From the NCBI RefSeq assembly GCF_000150275.1, contig NW_002060947.1, forward strand, positions 2,779,740 through 2,843,739: a DNA stretch of 64,000 nucleotides, in the 5' to 3' direction. Under the pieces are notes generated by a model. That model was not told the origin of the DNA, did not search any database, and was given only the letters and a program-made list of their open reading frames with translations. Source of the DNA: Trichoplax adhaerens (Eukaryota > Animalia > Placozoa). Position numbers and translations under genes: made by a program. Below, in pieces: positions 1 through 15,700 of this stretch (its first letter is position 1; every line of letters starts with the position of its first letter).

Positions 1-73
1 TACTGTGAACTCTTTTTATCACTCTGTTTGTTCGTTAAAAGCGTCTGTTTTATACGTAAAATGTTTCCGATAG

Positions 74-3000
74 GGAAATCCTCTGCAAAAAATAGGGAAC
101 TTCATGCTGCGCTCATGCTATTGGATTATTATCTTACGAGCTTATCAGCCAGTGCTTGCAAAATATTTAGGAAAGCTGTTCAAATCTTGAAAGAGGAGGA
201 GCAGTTCTATGGAGGAATTATTGATCTCCTAACTAAGAGTGCTATTGGTAATAATTAGGAACGAAATTTTTCACTTTATTATTATTAAATTATAAGTATT
301 GACTGGAGTCACTTCCCATTTTCTACTCAGGTGTTTTGTTGCCCGAATTGGTAATAGATCTACTATTGTTACAGTCCCGTGTTCCGGATAAAATATCAAA
401 GTTATCTGAAGTAACCTCCTTAATTACTTTACTCAACGTCCTTGATGAATTTAATTTGCTTGCATCCGATATATCAAAAGAAGATGAAAGTGATATGACA
501 TGGCCTGAAGGTTTTTAAATGAACTTTTTAACGTTCTATTATAGTAATTTGAATGCACAGAATAAAATATCTTAAATTTCAATCTGTGGTTATAGTCTTG
601 GTTATCAGTGAGGAACTTAAATATAATGAAGATGTTCCAGTAATACGGCTAGAAGATATTGAAAATCATAACAAAGAAGGTGGCGTATGGACCATTATTA
701 ATGGCAGAGTTTACGATTTAAGTGAATTCATGCTACAAGCTCCCTGTTCGGAAGAGAAATTGAATCAGTACGCAGGTTAGAATGTTTATAGTTAATTACC
801 TTCTGAACATGTTTTTTCATTGTTTATTTATAAAATTGTATTAGGTAAGGATGCTACGGAAGTATTTGATAGCGCGGGCCACTCAGAAGAAGCAAAAGCT
901 CTGATGCAAGCTTTCTTTGTTGGGTTATATGCTGAGGTTAGTATTGAATCAGTTTTAATTATGTACGCATATCTGTATTTTTATTAACCAATTTAAATTG
1001 CTAATGCAAAATTGAAATTGAATTTGACAGCCAGAAAACATCGTGAAATGTCGCGGAGTTCAGCCTGTTTCATTGATATTTCTAGATACGGAAAGGGCTC
1101 TAGGTCGTTTGTTAGGCTTACACGCGTGTTATTTATCAAAGAGTGGTATATTGACGCCGGAGGAGGAATGCTATGGGCCATTACTATCTTCAGAGTTTTT
1201 TAAAGGTGGGATGAATGAATCCGTTCATTCGAATGCAGGAAATACATCTAGTACGGAAAACAAAGTAGATGGCCCATCTACTCTATTTCTAACAGCCCTA
1301 GCGAATGGACATACCAATGAAACGCAAGTAAAAATATTCGATAACTTAATTACTAATTACTGTCAACGAAAACATTTGATTACTCCAATGTCGTTAACCG
1401 GCGATCATCCACTGGAGCGTTGTGGAAAGATCTTATTGGCTTGTTTAATAAAACATCTTGGCCTTACACCATTAACGCTTGCAATAATACAGAGGGAGCA
1501 AATATCTATGACGGAAGAATCTGATAGATTTGAAGGGAAGACAGCTAATAATTCCGTTGGCTGTATGAATGAATTACCAACAGCTCTTGGAGAAATTTGC
1601 AAGATTGTTTATCGTGCTAAATGTGCAATTATTAGAGCTCATCAAGAGTCATCTTGTTCATATGATGAGATATGCTCCACAATCTTGGAGCGCTGTGAAT
1701 TTGTGTTAAACGATTTACGGCCTGCAGTCCTAGGTAACAAGCAGCTAACATCTCCCAATCGAAAAACTAATAGTTGCTCGCGTTGGAAAAAGATTTATTC
1801 TAAATTAAAATCCAAAGGCCCCATCAAACCTAACCATGAACAGGATAAAAATATCTCCGAATGCGACGTTGATACAAAACATAGCTCACAAACTGAAGAA
1901 AAAGTAGCAATAGAAACAGAGATGGCGCCCATATATAAGGTTAATCTTTAAATACTATTGTTATATATTGGTATGCACATTTTCGTAGGTGTAATTACTG
2001 CTTTACAATTCTTAGGAATCAAGTCTCGATCTCATTAGTGCTGAAAGCATATTAGCTGGAAAGTACAAATGGCTTCATCAATTAGTTTCGACCGGAACCA
2101 CAAGTCAAGAATACTTGTCTAGAAGTATCGTCAGCTTCGTTTTATCTGAAGATAAAGTTGATATTACCAAGCTTAGATTTTGCTTAAGGCAACAGGTACT
2201 TAGATTAGCATATTTAATTTGTAGTGTTGGTGATAATGAAATATACAAAGTAAGAAAAGTAAAACAATTTCCTAAAGGACAATTATTTTATAATTTTGAA
2301 ATTGGTAAACAACTTTTACTATAGATGAACAGAATTGAGGAACGGCTGAAAGGTTCAGCGCTAATGCTGTCTATTCTGGCGCAAGACCAACTTATAAATT
2401 CTGTTAAGTTTAGCTCGTTAAGTGGTTGGCAGGGTATCCCTTTGCATAATTCCTACAACAAGTAAGCTAAAGTCTATGCGAATTAATGCTTACTTTGATG
2501 AAAAGATAAGAATTACCGACATGATATCATTGTTTAGGATGGTGATAACACATAGCTTCGTAAATACGGGTTTAGCTCCGCCGCGGTATCATCTTGACCT
2601 GCAAGATAAACTTGAGAAAATTCACGACTGGACAATAAATAGTTTAAAGGACAGTATACTTGGTTATTATACTGCTGTAGAAAAGACTCAGATGGGTGCT
2701 GCTTCTTCGGCAGATGTTACGACTCCCGATGTTCTCTCTCATTTTCGATATATATTAAGCTATTTCAGCATTCTCTCTTCCGAATTATATTCGATTGACT
2801 TAAGCCTTTGCTTAGATTCAGGTGTTTTAGCACTCACTCAGGTAATTTACGCAATGTAGCGCTTTACATATGGCTAGGATAATAGATGATTACTTAGATA
2901 GTGAATATGATAGTTTTTACTTATGACCGTATAATGTTCGCATGTTTTTTTACTTTTAGTCTATTCTTAATTCCCTGGGACCGCAGCTGTCCAACAATGA

Positions 3001-6000
3001 TAAAGAGGTTAACGAAAATGCTGTTGCAGCCGTAGAAGAGAACGTTATTGCATTTCGTCCTTCTGTTCCCATCAACTTATCTGGCCCTGAGATGGCAAAA
3101 TTAATGACCAAAGGAACTAGAGTAGTTCGTGGTCCAGATTGGAAATGGGGAGATCAGGTGCTACTTTTATATGATATATTGTATATTTCTACGAGATTTG
3201 ACGAGGCTATATACAGTAGTATCATCTATTGTATTTTGAAGGTTTTGAAGCGATACCAATAATTATTTACGTATGATAACTACTCTTTGATTATTAATAC
3301 TTTTACTGCGATGTTTAAATAGGATGGAGGACCCACCGGCTTAGGAACTATTGTAGATGAACTTGGAGATGACGGATGGATTCGTGCTCAATGGGATAAT
3401 GGTAATACAAACTCATATAGAATGGGAAAAGAAAGCAAGTACGATCTAAAGTTAGCGCAGTCTAGCATTGGTGGAAACATCACTGATGAAGAAGAAGAGG
3501 AAGCGCACAGCAGGGATAGTGGGGGTCTGTTGATAGTAAAATTCTAAACTGTTATCACTTGTTGCTGATAAGATTATACTAATTTGTATACCGGATATTA
3601 ACAAAGTGATTTATTTTCATAGACTTGAGAAAAAAGCATTCCGATAGTGTAAAGGATTTAATACATAGATCATGTTTAAATCTACTTCGGATAATTTCTA
3701 TCTCTACCGGTATTTTTGCCGATGTCATTCCATATCGATCTGTGCGAATGGTTTGTTCTTTAATAGGCTCTATTGTCGAGAACAATTTCCATTTTGACTG
3801 CGGTAAGGAATAAGGGTTATGGTCTGTTATCGAATATATTTTAAGAAAGATCGGTAGATTTTATTTTGTACTGTAGTAGTTACCTGTATCGCATTTAATC
3901 GATCGATTTATGGAAATATTAAAATCTTGTAACTAATGGTCCTTTATTGCACAGGATTGTTCGATCAACAAAAAACATCGGCTCAATCTTGGGCTTCGTT
4001 AGGCTTTATACGCAGTATTGCAGTATCTACATCAATGTGTAAGGCTTTAAGCTCTCCAAAAAATGTACGACTAATTCTTACGATGGTGAGAGGAAATTCT
4101 AATGGGCCTAGTTTACAAAGTCTGAACAATATTACCATTTCCTCGAATAGTATAATTCGACAGGTATATTGTAATACTGTGTATAATTAGGTTAATAGTT
4201 GTTATGTGTGATACGATGGATTTAAGGTTATATTATTGATACAATAATGTATAGATATTAAGTATCCGCCTACTGAAGAGTTTGTTGCCATCATTAAATT
4301 CTGAAGTTGAAAATGAAGTTGTACGTTGCCTTGTTGAGAATATTTTCAGTCTACTTGGAAATGTGCTCTCCTACGAAGGAGATAGCTCTCATTTGATCGA
4401 TATTTCACAATCGCGTACGTATGCGTTAGTTAACGAAAGAATATAGTTCTTACCCACGTGTAGCTCATAAAAATCTTAATTGTACAGAGCTTTTATAATA
4501 ACGCTCAAATGCATGCTAAAATGTTTATTGTAGGCAAGCGCAGCAAGAAACCTGTAGCTTCGTTGTCCGCATTATATAATACGACAATAGCGGAAGAATT
4601 AGTCTCATTAATCAGATCTTTGCACTTTTTACCATACTGGAATATTCACATCAACAATTTTATATGCACGAAATTAAGTATGGTTCCTGTCGCTCTCGAG
4701 AAAAGTGTTACATTGGTAAATTTCAATCGCATTCTCATCATTACATTAAAAATGTATTAACTCTTATAAGAATCATCTATAATTAGAATGTTTCAGAGCC
4801 AGATTCGGAAGATAAAAAAAGTGTAACTATTATGGCTTTGGCAGCATTATCGGTGATTGGTGGAGTAGATTGTCGGATACGACTGGGAGGAACAGTTGTT
4901 CATTCTGAGCATGGGAAGGGTACCGTGAAACGTATTGCATCATCTGGAAAAATTACTGTTATGTTCCATGATAAGAAAGAGTCTCGTAGCTGCTTCTTAA
5001 ACCGTTTGAAAACGGTAAGTGAATTTTGGGGTGCTGGGCTGTTATTTAATTACTAGAATTGTATTTACAACATTAAGAAGTAATTTAACGAAGGCTTAAT
5101 TTTGTTTAATTATACTAAATACATTAGTCCTGTAAATTTAGTTAATCCTCAGAACTGTCTTAATTTCGTTTATTATAGCAACCAATGCAGGTCTTCAGCA
5201 TTGAACAATTTTTTGTCACCGAAGCAACTTCAAATGCATGGATGACACTCCTAAAGTTAGTTATTTCAGAAAAAAATTTTACAGGTAATAATTCTTTTAT
5301 CATTAATTAGTCGATTTTTGAGAGCATAGTGTCATGGTATTAGTAGTAATGTATTACATTCGCTTATATACGAGCTGATAAAGTTAATGAATTGTTACAT
5401 TAGAAAGTGATGGCACTATTAGTGGAGTGCGTGATTTGTCACCTCACGAGCTTACACGTACTCAAATTTGGATGGCTTTACTGAAATCTTTAAAAGTATT
5501 ATTTGGTGCACGTGATTATTTTCGACGACTGCTAATGCAAGGTCTCGTAGATAATACTAACAAACAGTTGGAAGATGTGCAAGGAACGTTCCTGTTACAG
5601 CAATTTCTTGATACAGCGATTGTCCCATTACCAATTAAAGCTACGTTTAACAGAGACGAAATTGAGGTATTATCCACACATTAAAATGCTATGTATTGTT
5701 GAAATATTTTATGTAAGGATTTGTATATCTACTTTTTCAGGCTGCCTTACTATCTGTGTGCCATTGTTTGGCTAGTAAAGTTTTTAAAAGGAATAAATTA
5801 TCTGCTGATAAAATAGCAAATCGTAATAGAGCTGTGGTTCATAGAACAACTAACCGTAAGAATAGTAATGAAGCTCCGCCATCGAATATAAGTAAAAAGT
5901 TAATGGAAATGGGATTTTCAAAATCCAAAGTAGAAATGGCCTATTCGGCTATAAATGACGTCGATAGATTAGCAGACAGTAGACGAGGAAATCTGATTGA

Positions 6001-9000
6001 AGCCCTGGTTAACTGGTTAATTGAACATGGAAACATTGCTCCTGATGGGAAATCAAGTTCTGATTGTATGTGTTCGTCATAATGGTGTGTTTTTTCACTT
6101 TCTTATTGATATTTATCTTAATTTATTGCTATGAATTCTAGCTACTGATTCCGATTCCAGTTATACAGCATTTGAAAGCGAGTCAACTGCAGAAACGATA
6201 GAAAGTTCGGACGACTCTGATACTAAAGCATCCAGATTAATTGAAATACGTAAATTTTTAACGAGATCAGATTTTGAAAATTCCGATGATTATGCTCGGT
6301 ATATACGAACTAATGTGCAAATTGGAATGAAAGTCCGCTGCATAGCCGATTTTGAGGAAGTTAAAGAAGGAGATATTGGAAGAGTTATCAAGGCATGTTT
6401 AGTGAAAGAATTTTAAATTAATAATATAAATTTAATGATGTTTTCTTTTTGTTATTAAATCTTTAGCTGGACTGTGATGGTTTACATGATTTAAACGTGC
6501 AGTGCTTTTGGCAGCAGAACGGAGGCACATACTGGGTGCGATACATTCAATTCGAGCTGACCCCAATAGAGATTACAGGTATTGACACCATCTTTGCAGT
6601 TTAATAAATGTTTTAATCTCTATATGCAAATGATTGATACTTGTAACTTGTAATTGCATTGTAGGATCCAACGATATGGAAATTAATGTAGGTGACTACG
6701 TTCGCGTGAAACAAACAGTGCAAACACCAAAGTTCAAATGGGGTTCAGTAACCCATGAAAGCATTGGCAAAGTGTTAGCAATTACTAATAATGGGAAAGA
6801 AGTTAAGGTTGATTTTCCTGAGCAAAGTGGGTGGAATGGTGCGTTAGATGAAGTGGAAAAAATTCTCTCACGACATCCTTCGATTGAGTAAGATAGTATA
6901 CTGCATTTTTCAACATATTTAACGGTTGTGTAAGCTATCACTTGTTTAATTTTGGGGTAAATTTTGCTTGATTTTATGTAGGTGTAACCAATGCTACGCG
7001 AAGCCAATCGAAGGAACTCGTTTTAAGTGCAAAATTTGTCCTAAATTTAATTACTGCAGGGAGTGTTTTACAACGCAAAATACTCATGAACACGATTTTG
7101 TTAGTTATGAAGATCCAAGTTCGGAACCTGTTGCTGCTCATCGTCGTGATCCACATCGTAATAAGAAGAAAAATACAAATACGGTATATCGCGCTTGGAA
7201 TGATTGTGTTCGTAGTGTTTCGGTGTCATCTAATAGTATTCAGGCAAAATGTTTATATGATGATAAAGAATCTACATTTTGGCAGTCATCTGGAAAACAA
7301 GGAAAGGTACGTTAGATTATCCTTTATGCACATCGTTGCGATTTTGTGTGCTGATACGTAGATACTTTAAACAGTAATTGACACTGGCAGGAACAATTTT
7401 AATCAACTATAATGTTTTTATCGTTGTTATATTCTATTAGCACTGGATACTATTGGAATTAAATGCAAATCTGCTTATTCATCAGCTATCTATTGATATC
7501 AAGCCGTCAGATAGCAGCTATATGCCTTCTGTTGTAGTTGTATCTGGTGGAAATAGCATGATGAATTTAAAGCCTCTTAATACAATTAAAGTTGGAGCAC
7601 ACGATTTACGGATTACATTACTAGAAAACCAGTCGGAGGTAATTGCACGATTTAGTATATTGATGACATTTCGCTTAAAGTTCAATGAATTTTTAAGGCC
7701 TTCCCCAATATACATCTCCAAGTTTACGGTATATGTTATTGTAGGATAACTTATACTATTTTCTAATTTCAGGAAATGAAACTTATTGAGATTGCTATTC
7801 GCCATTGTAAATGTAATGGAATCGATTGTAGAGTACATTCTATCAACATTGCCTGCATTCCTAACACCTGTGAACAAGTAGCCGTCACGGATAATTTTGA
7901 ATACTTAGCTGTTAGATCTTCACATAGATCAGATGATACCTTAAGGAATGAAAATAAAGGCACAGGTATCGATAATACCGATATTGATTCGCGAGTGTTC
8001 GTGTGGGGCTTAAATGATAAAGGCCAGCTAGGTGGCTGCAAAGGTTCTAAGGTTAGCGATAGTATTAATGTAAGTACATAACATGATTGACATTTGAGAC
8101 TGGCCAACGATAGAGTTCTAGTAAGCGGTTAGAACACTACTTGTATCGTATAGTTATGTTACTTACGTTTCGCTGATCGATTTAATACTTGAACGCGTTG
8201 TTTACGTAAACATATAAGCGAAAGCTATATTTAGTTATCTGGTGCTATGACTACTTGTAATAAAGAACAGAATTATTACTACAAATCTTCATAATTATTT
8301 AGTGATATTATAATACAGGTATTTCACTTGCATCTACTTTCGATAACTAAATTGGGATTACAGCTTGCGTGTTACAAATACTTAAGGTTTAATGTACCTT
8401 GGATGCAATATCATACAGTAATGTGCAAAATTTAGTACGTTATGTATTTACAACTAACAGTATATCAATGATGGTTTATCATTGTAACAAATGACTACCT
8501 CTATAACAGGTTAAATCTCCTACTGAAATGAAGAATATAGCTGCTTTGCGGCCTGTATCTATAGCTGGGGGATCTAAAACTGTTTTTATAGTCACATATG
8601 ATGGCAAGGTTTACGTATCTGGAGAAGGCGCAAATGGACGCTTAGGTTTGGGTAACACAGAAAATATCTCTATACCTGTACAGTTAGATACCTTGAACAT
8701 GCATTTTGTAAAGAAAGTCACAGTGCATCCTGGTGGGCGTCATAGTCTCTGTATAACACGGGAAGGTAAAGTATTTTCATGGGGAGAAGGCATCGATGGC
8801 AAGCTTGGCCATGGCGATGTAACGTAAGTTTTGAGATTGATGCCCGTTGATGATTTATTTGAATCTGATGTGATTGAATTTTTTTAATTATATCTTAGGT
8901 CTCGCTTGTCTCCAACTTTAATAGAAGCGTTAGAATCAAAATTAATAGTTGAAATTGCGTGCGGCAGTTCGCATAGTGCAGCGGTAACTGCCGATGGTGA

Positions 9001-12000
9001 ACTGTATACATGGGGGTTGGGAGATTACGGTCGCTTAGGACATGGAGATAGCAAGACTTTACATATACCCAAGCAGGTATATACATATCAGATATAGATA
9101 TACGAGTATAGATACGGATGTAGTATAGATATGTTTTACGCTTTATAGAAGAATATTTGTAGCGCTTAGCTAGCAGACAGTGACTGTTATATGTAGTACT
9201 GATTTTAAATTTGATGCGACCAAAATATCTAAACAGTAACTCAATTTAGTACGGTATACTGTAATTCTAATTGAGTCGTTTAATTTATGGTTTTAATGGT
9301 GCATGTATGAATACTTTATCGAAAATTAGCTCTCACCCTTAATGTATTACTGTCTTCATCAAATTAACAGGTAAAAGCATTACAAGATTATAAGGTAATT
9401 GATATTGCCTGCGGTAGTAGAGATGCGCAGACGTTAGCTCTGACTGATAACAACTGCGTTTGGTCATGGGGAGATGGTGACTTCGGCAAACTAGGACGAG
9501 GAGGAAGTGAAGGATGTAACATACCCCAAAAAATTGACGCCTTATGCGGACGGGATGTTTGTAGGATTGCGTGTGGTGCACAGTTTTCATTGGCATTGTC
9601 GACAACGGGTAAAGTTTGGACTTGGTATGTATCAGTTAAATCCCAGTATATCCGGAATATGTATTTTCTTAAGGAACTTACATACTTAACATTAGTAACA
9701 TGTTACTTGCAGGGGTAAAGGAGATTACTATCGATTAGGGCATGGAAATGATTCACATTATCGGTCTCCTCAACTAATTGAGGGTCCACTTAAAAAGAAA
9801 AGAATTACGGAAATTGCTGTTGGTGCTTTACATTGTTTAGCTGTTACTGATACTGGAGAGGTTACTGATTTGGATTTTATTGATTTGAGTGTAGATTTTA
9901 TTTCAAACTAGATATTTCAACCTATGCTATTCAGATGATATATTGTTATTACGTTATTATCCGTAAATCTGTAGGTGTATTCATGGGGTGACAATGACCA
10001 TGGTCAACAAGGGAATGGTAATACTACTGTAAATAAAAGGCCCCAGATTTGCTTGGGAGAACTTGATGGAGTCAAAATATCGCACATAGCTTGTGGTTCT
10101 TCACACAGTATTGCTTGGTGTGGTAACTTGCAGTTAACTGTTTCATATGTGCCGGTTCCGATGCTAAGTGTTAAAGATCCTCTAGGTTCAAGTTTCATGA
10201 AGGTATACTCATGTCATGTGTACGTACTTAATAAACGCGATAATATCTGATTTATGACCGTACTTTGATTCTAAGGATAACGAAATCATGGCTATCGAAA
10301 AAAATAAGTCAGAATCTAGTATTGATAACCGTCCTTCGTTGTCAAAGATACTCATATCCAAGACTGCAAAAGAACAGATAGAGTCCTTGAGATTACTATT
10401 GCGATCCCTTCAAATCTTTTTTGCACGTGATGCTGTTGTTGAAGCGTTATCTGATTCTAGCATTCATACGAGTAGTTTGCTACATTATGAACCCGGTAGT
10501 TCAAGTAAATAGCCAATATTACCTGCGATTATTACTATGAATGTTTTTACCGCATTTGATGTCCTTTGCATTTTTTAAATGACCAATTTTAGACCTGGCA
10601 GAAACCAGAATATCAAGTGATCTTGATGATTTTATTAAATGTATGAATAAGCAGAATCTCCGTAAGCTGGTCGAATTACTCAGATTGGCCGCTGTAGGTC
10701 GTACTGGTAGCCGTGGTAAAGAAACCATCTCGAACCTACTATCAACATTGTGGCGCAGCTACTTAGGAGTACGTATGTGTTAATTTATCAAGTTAATAAT
10801 TTGCCATAGTAGTAAATCAGTTTATTTTCTCTATTAAGATGTCAAGTTCGTTATTGGATATGTGCGTTCATGAATTAGAAAGAGTTGTAGAAAATGCAAA
10901 ATCGAGAGATGTCCTAATCAAACCTATTCATCAAGAAAGTGATCATCCATATCAAGCAAATTGTAATACCTCAGCTATCGTCAGAATAACGGGCGCTGAC
11001 TTGCTTCGAGTTGAATTTGATCGTCGTTGCGGCACTGATAGCCGTCATGATCTCCTGACAATCTTGGACCAAAACGATAATATTCTTTCTGCGAGATCGG
11101 GACGAGATGGAAATGACTGGCTATCTGAACTGAGAGTTCCTGGAGGTACATCTAGTGCTGTATTTGTTTAAACCTGTCGACGAAAGGCCAACTGGTTTGA
11201 TGGTCTATTAATAAATTATCGTATCTTGAAGTGTTTATTTTTTCAACTGCTGTTCGTAATAGATACTCTTAAATGGAAGTTTGTCAGTGGAACTTCCGTT
11301 AGTGGCTGGGGATGGCGATTTGTAGTCAGTCCTGTAATTGAATCAAATATTCCGAAAGTTTCGGTACCAGATGAAACTATTATAAGGCAGCCTTCGTTTG
11401 AGCTAGTTCGATGCCTCTTTCGCTATCAATTAATTGAGAAGACTGCTAACATTGTACAAATCAAAGAAATAATGAAGCTACTTGCAGCTTGCATAAAGTT
11501 TAATACCCTTACTACGGCTCAGAGAACTTGGGCGATAAAGCAATTACGAGAACTTATACATTTGATTAAGAATGATCGTACCAGTAACTTGCACACGGAT
11601 AATGCCTCTAATGGTTACTTTATGAAATTGCTTGTAAGTATGAACAAATTGATGCTTTTCTTTTATAAATATCCTTTTGGCAATTACTTTTTGTAATATC
11701 TGCGGTTTTATGTGCTTCAGAATGATAGCAATAGTCCCCTTCGTCCATTATTATCTTATCTGCCGGTGGCTCTACTTTCCCAGTATACCTATGAGGATAC
11801 ACTCATTAAGAGTGGGAAGCAGCTCACTCATAGTGTTTTTTTCAAAGTAAATATTTCAATGTTGCGCAGATTTGAGTGAATGATCTTTGTGTTGATTAGT
11901 AATCTTGTAATTAAAATATATTCATAGTCCTTAGTATTACTTGGATGTGATCTAACATTTGATAAGAAAATTTCGGAAGAGGATCAGGAGTGGTCATGGT

Positions 12001-15000
12001 TTCGTTGCTTTTGTAAAGCCCATCGCGTAGGATTAAACATAATTCGAAGGGAACCAATTCCAGAAATGTTTTTAAAAGAAGTCAGGTCTAAAATTTCCGA
12101 ATCTTATTCTGAATCTGAAGCTGATATTTCCAATTTGCACGAAGATCATAAGGTGTTTTCAGGCGAACAAGACAGAGAATTACTGCAATGGTTATACAGG
12201 TTTGAGCACAAATTAAGATTATCGCACCTGCTTTATTATCAACATTAATCGGACCGTAAATTACTTCTAAATTTCATTTTTAATGCTATGCTATGGTTAT
12301 GATCAGCCGACCAGACGACTGGAGCCTATTATGGGGAAGTAATCACAAATTTTATGTATGGGGTCATAACCACAGAGGTCAGCTAGGTGGTGTGCAGGGT
12401 ACTAAAGTAAAATCTCCTGTAATTAACGATATCATCGCAGCTTTAAGACCGACAGCTGTAGCAGGCGGTGAGCAAACACTGTTTATATTGACAAGTGAAG
12501 GAAAGGTAAGATTTATAGGATAAATACAGAGAATTTCAGATTTCACAGATATCATGATTTATTGCCTTAAAATATAATTAATAATAGCATTGTCATTGCA
12601 TATTCCAACTCTGGCTGGTGGCTAAATTTTGTGCTTGAAAATACTTTACATATAGGTTTACGCATCTGGATTAGGTGGTAGTGGCCGCCTCGGAATTGGT
12701 AGAAGTGATAACATCGTTACTCCAGTGATAATCGAACCTTTACAGCATCTTAAAATTGAGAAACTATCCGTTCATTCTGGCGGGCGACACGCGATGGTAT
12801 TAACGTCTAACTTCGAAGTTTTCTCGTGGGGTGATGGTGAAGATGGGAAATTAGGCCATGGAGATAAATTGTATGTTCAAATTATGTGAATTCTAAAGCA
12901 ACAATGCATAACGTAGAAATCATTCTTTTGCTCCAATTATTAGATCATCTGAAACGCCTCGAAAAATTGAAGCACTATTAGGGAAGCAGATTGTGCACAT
13001 TAGTTGCGGAAGTTCACATAGTGCTGCCATAACGTCTAAAGGGGAGTTATATACGTGGGGTAAGGGTCGTTATGGTCGATTAGGACATGGTGATGGCGAT
13101 GATTGTCTGAAACCAAAGCTACTAGAGGCATTGAAGAGCTATAAGGTTATTGATGTAGCTTGCGGTAGTGGTGATGCTCAGGTATGTACATATGTCTTGC
13201 TTATCATTTATTAGAACATTCCTTGCTAGCTCTTTGAATAATAAAAATTAATCTTAATACATTTCAGACACTTGCTATTACCGACGATGATTGTGTTTGG
13301 TCGTGGGGAGATGGCGATTACGGAAAGTTGGGTCGCGGTGGTAGTGATGGATGCAAGAAACCTCTTCGCATTGAATCGCTAATTGGGATGGCTGTGTGTA
13401 AGGTCGAATGCGGCTCGCAGTTTTCCGTAGCTCTTACAAAGAATGGCGATTTGTATACATGGTAGTTGAATCTAATACAATCTGTATAAGTGTAATAATA
13501 TAACGTTGCTACATCATCGTAGACCATCAAGTAAGGATTTATAAGTTATATGTGCAATTGATTTATGACTGATCTTAGGGGGAAAGGCGATTACTATCGA
13601 TTAGGCCATGGCACTAATGATCATGTACGTCGCCCTCGCAAGGTTGCTTGTTTACAAGGTAAACAAATCGTAACTGTTGCTGCCGGATCATTGCATTGTG
13701 TTGCATGCACGGATGCTGGTGAAGTCTTTACGTGGGGAGACAACGATGAAGGACAACTAGGAAATGGCACTTTGAACCCAATACCGGAGCCAACTCTTGT
13801 TACGGTCCTAGAGAATGTGAAGCTTAACCGAGTAGGATGTGGTTCTGCACATAGTTTTGCCTGGTCGACAGAAGCCCCTATTGATATTGGATACATGCCA
13901 AATCAAATCCCTGTTGAATTTAATCATTTGCACCATTTACCACTGCCCGCTTTACGAAATCGTTTAATATTACTTCATCGGTTTTCTAGTTTAGTAGCGC
14001 CAGTTATCAATATGTTTAATCTGTGTCAAGAGGCAAGTAATGACATTACTTGCATAACATTAGATGCTTTGAAAGATATTTTGGTATCAACCGTCAAGGT
14101 ATGCGTTATTTGTTTAAACTGTAGTTACATAGTTTCAATCGTTTATGTTCGATTAAACATAACCATAATTTTTTTTGTAGGAAAATATCTTCAATAAGAT
14201 TATTCAAGCTACTATGATTAGGGATAGGCAGCATGGTCAAACTATAGAATTAAATAGAATACAGGTAAATTACTACTCGTTTATTTGTAGTTACTTATCT
14301 TACTTTGCTACTTTAGAATAGGCTAATCGGTGCGCATTATGCTAGACTAACCATCAGGTTGCATTATATACATTTTGCTTTTGCACTTTTTATTTATGGG
14401 TTACATAATTCGTGATAAAATTGTTGTTACTAAAAACAGGTTAAACGTTTCAATGGAAAAAATAAGACCAGCGGTAACTACGATAGTTCTGTATTTTACC
14501 AAGTTAGTACTGCAATATGTGCCTCAAATTCAGATAATCTATTGCTACCTCATCGAGTATGGAAAGTTAAATTTGTCGGTGAAAGTGTCGATGACTGTGG
14601 TGGTGGGTATTCCGAATCTATTGCTGAAATATGTGATGAATTACAAAATGGATTGCTTCCTATCCTTATTCCAACTCCCAATGGACGCGATGAAGCCGGT
14701 GTCAATCGAGATTGTTTTATAATTAATCCAGAAGTACGTCCATCTCAATCGCACCAATTCATGGGTACTTTAATTGGAATCGCAATACGTACCGGGAGTC
14801 CATTGAGTCTGAACATAGCCCAACCATTTTGGAAACAGTTAACCGGACGCCTATTATCGCTTAGTGATATCACAGAAATTGATAAAGACTATGTGCCTGG
14901 GTTGTTGTGGATTCGTGATGCTAACCCTGAAGAGTTTGAAATATTCGCTTGTAAGGAACCAACGTTTAGTACTCCAAGTGCTAGTGGTAAAGAAATGCAT

Positions 15001-15700
15001 CTTTCCGGTGAACATTCGCGAGTTACTTTAGAAAATAGACATGAATACGTTGCTAAAGCATTAAATTATCGTTTGCATGAGTTTGATGATCATATTGATG
15101 CCATCAGAGAAGGCATGTCCAAGGTTATACCGGTTCCGTTGTTGTCTTTATTTACTGGACAAGAACTAGAGCGTATGGTTTGTGGAAATCCGGAAATACC
15201 TATAGATTTACTGAAATCGGTATCAACTTTTAAAGGGGTTAAAAGTGATTCACCAATAGTGCAATGGTTCTGGGAAGTATTAGAAGGTTTTTCCAGTTAT
15301 GAGCGTTCGTTATTTCTACGCTTTGTTTGGGGTAGAACCAGATTACCACGTACTATAGCAGACTTTCGTGGTCGTGATTTTGTACTTCAGGTAAAATCTG
15401 GCTATATCAGTGAAACTATGTTATATGAAGTTAATAATTTCCTACTGTTACAATTCAATGTTTTAAATTAATGTTCCTATTCTGTTAACTTAGGTATTAG
15501 ATAAGTATTCTCCACCTGATGATTTCTTGCCAGAATCGTATACGTGCTTCTTCTTACTTAAAATTCCGCGATATTCATCCAAAGAAGTTTTACGTGAAAA
15601 ATTGAAATACGCAATTTACTTTTGTAAGTCTATCGATACTGATGATTACGCAAGAATTGCCCTAAATGTCGACATGACAATGGAAGATGATCTAATTTAA
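74..15700 (+). CDS. HERC2: E3 ubiquitin ligase HERC2, multi-exon, 5'-truncated by the window edge
   Basis: Exons give the HERC2 domain order: cytochrome-b5-like ([14 protein letters not shown], ~600-935), MIB/HERC2 ([13 protein letters not shown]|DGG...[13 protein letters not shown], ~3100-3460), UBA-like (KLMEMGFSK), CPH ([26 protein letters not shown]), ZZ finger (CNQC...[13 protein letters not shown]), DOC/APC10 ([10 protein letters not shown]|HWILLE), two RCC1-like domains ([13 protein letters not shown] repeats, ~8000-10130 and ~12350-13870), and HECT ([19 protein letters not shown]...LPESYTCFF). The last exon ends ...MEDDLI TAA at 15700. Confidence 0.97.
6393..6466 (+). other. GC-AG intron in HERC2 (CPH domain)
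   Basis: The exon ends ...GRVIK (aag|gcatgt) and the next exon resumes LDCDGLHD after ctttag. HERC2 homology (VIK-LD) requires the GC donor. Confidence 0.75.

Noticed and set aside
8826-8898. TGATGA and CTGA boxes in a HERC2 intron as a C/D snoRNA
   Set aside because: The boxes are far too close together and there is no terminal stem.
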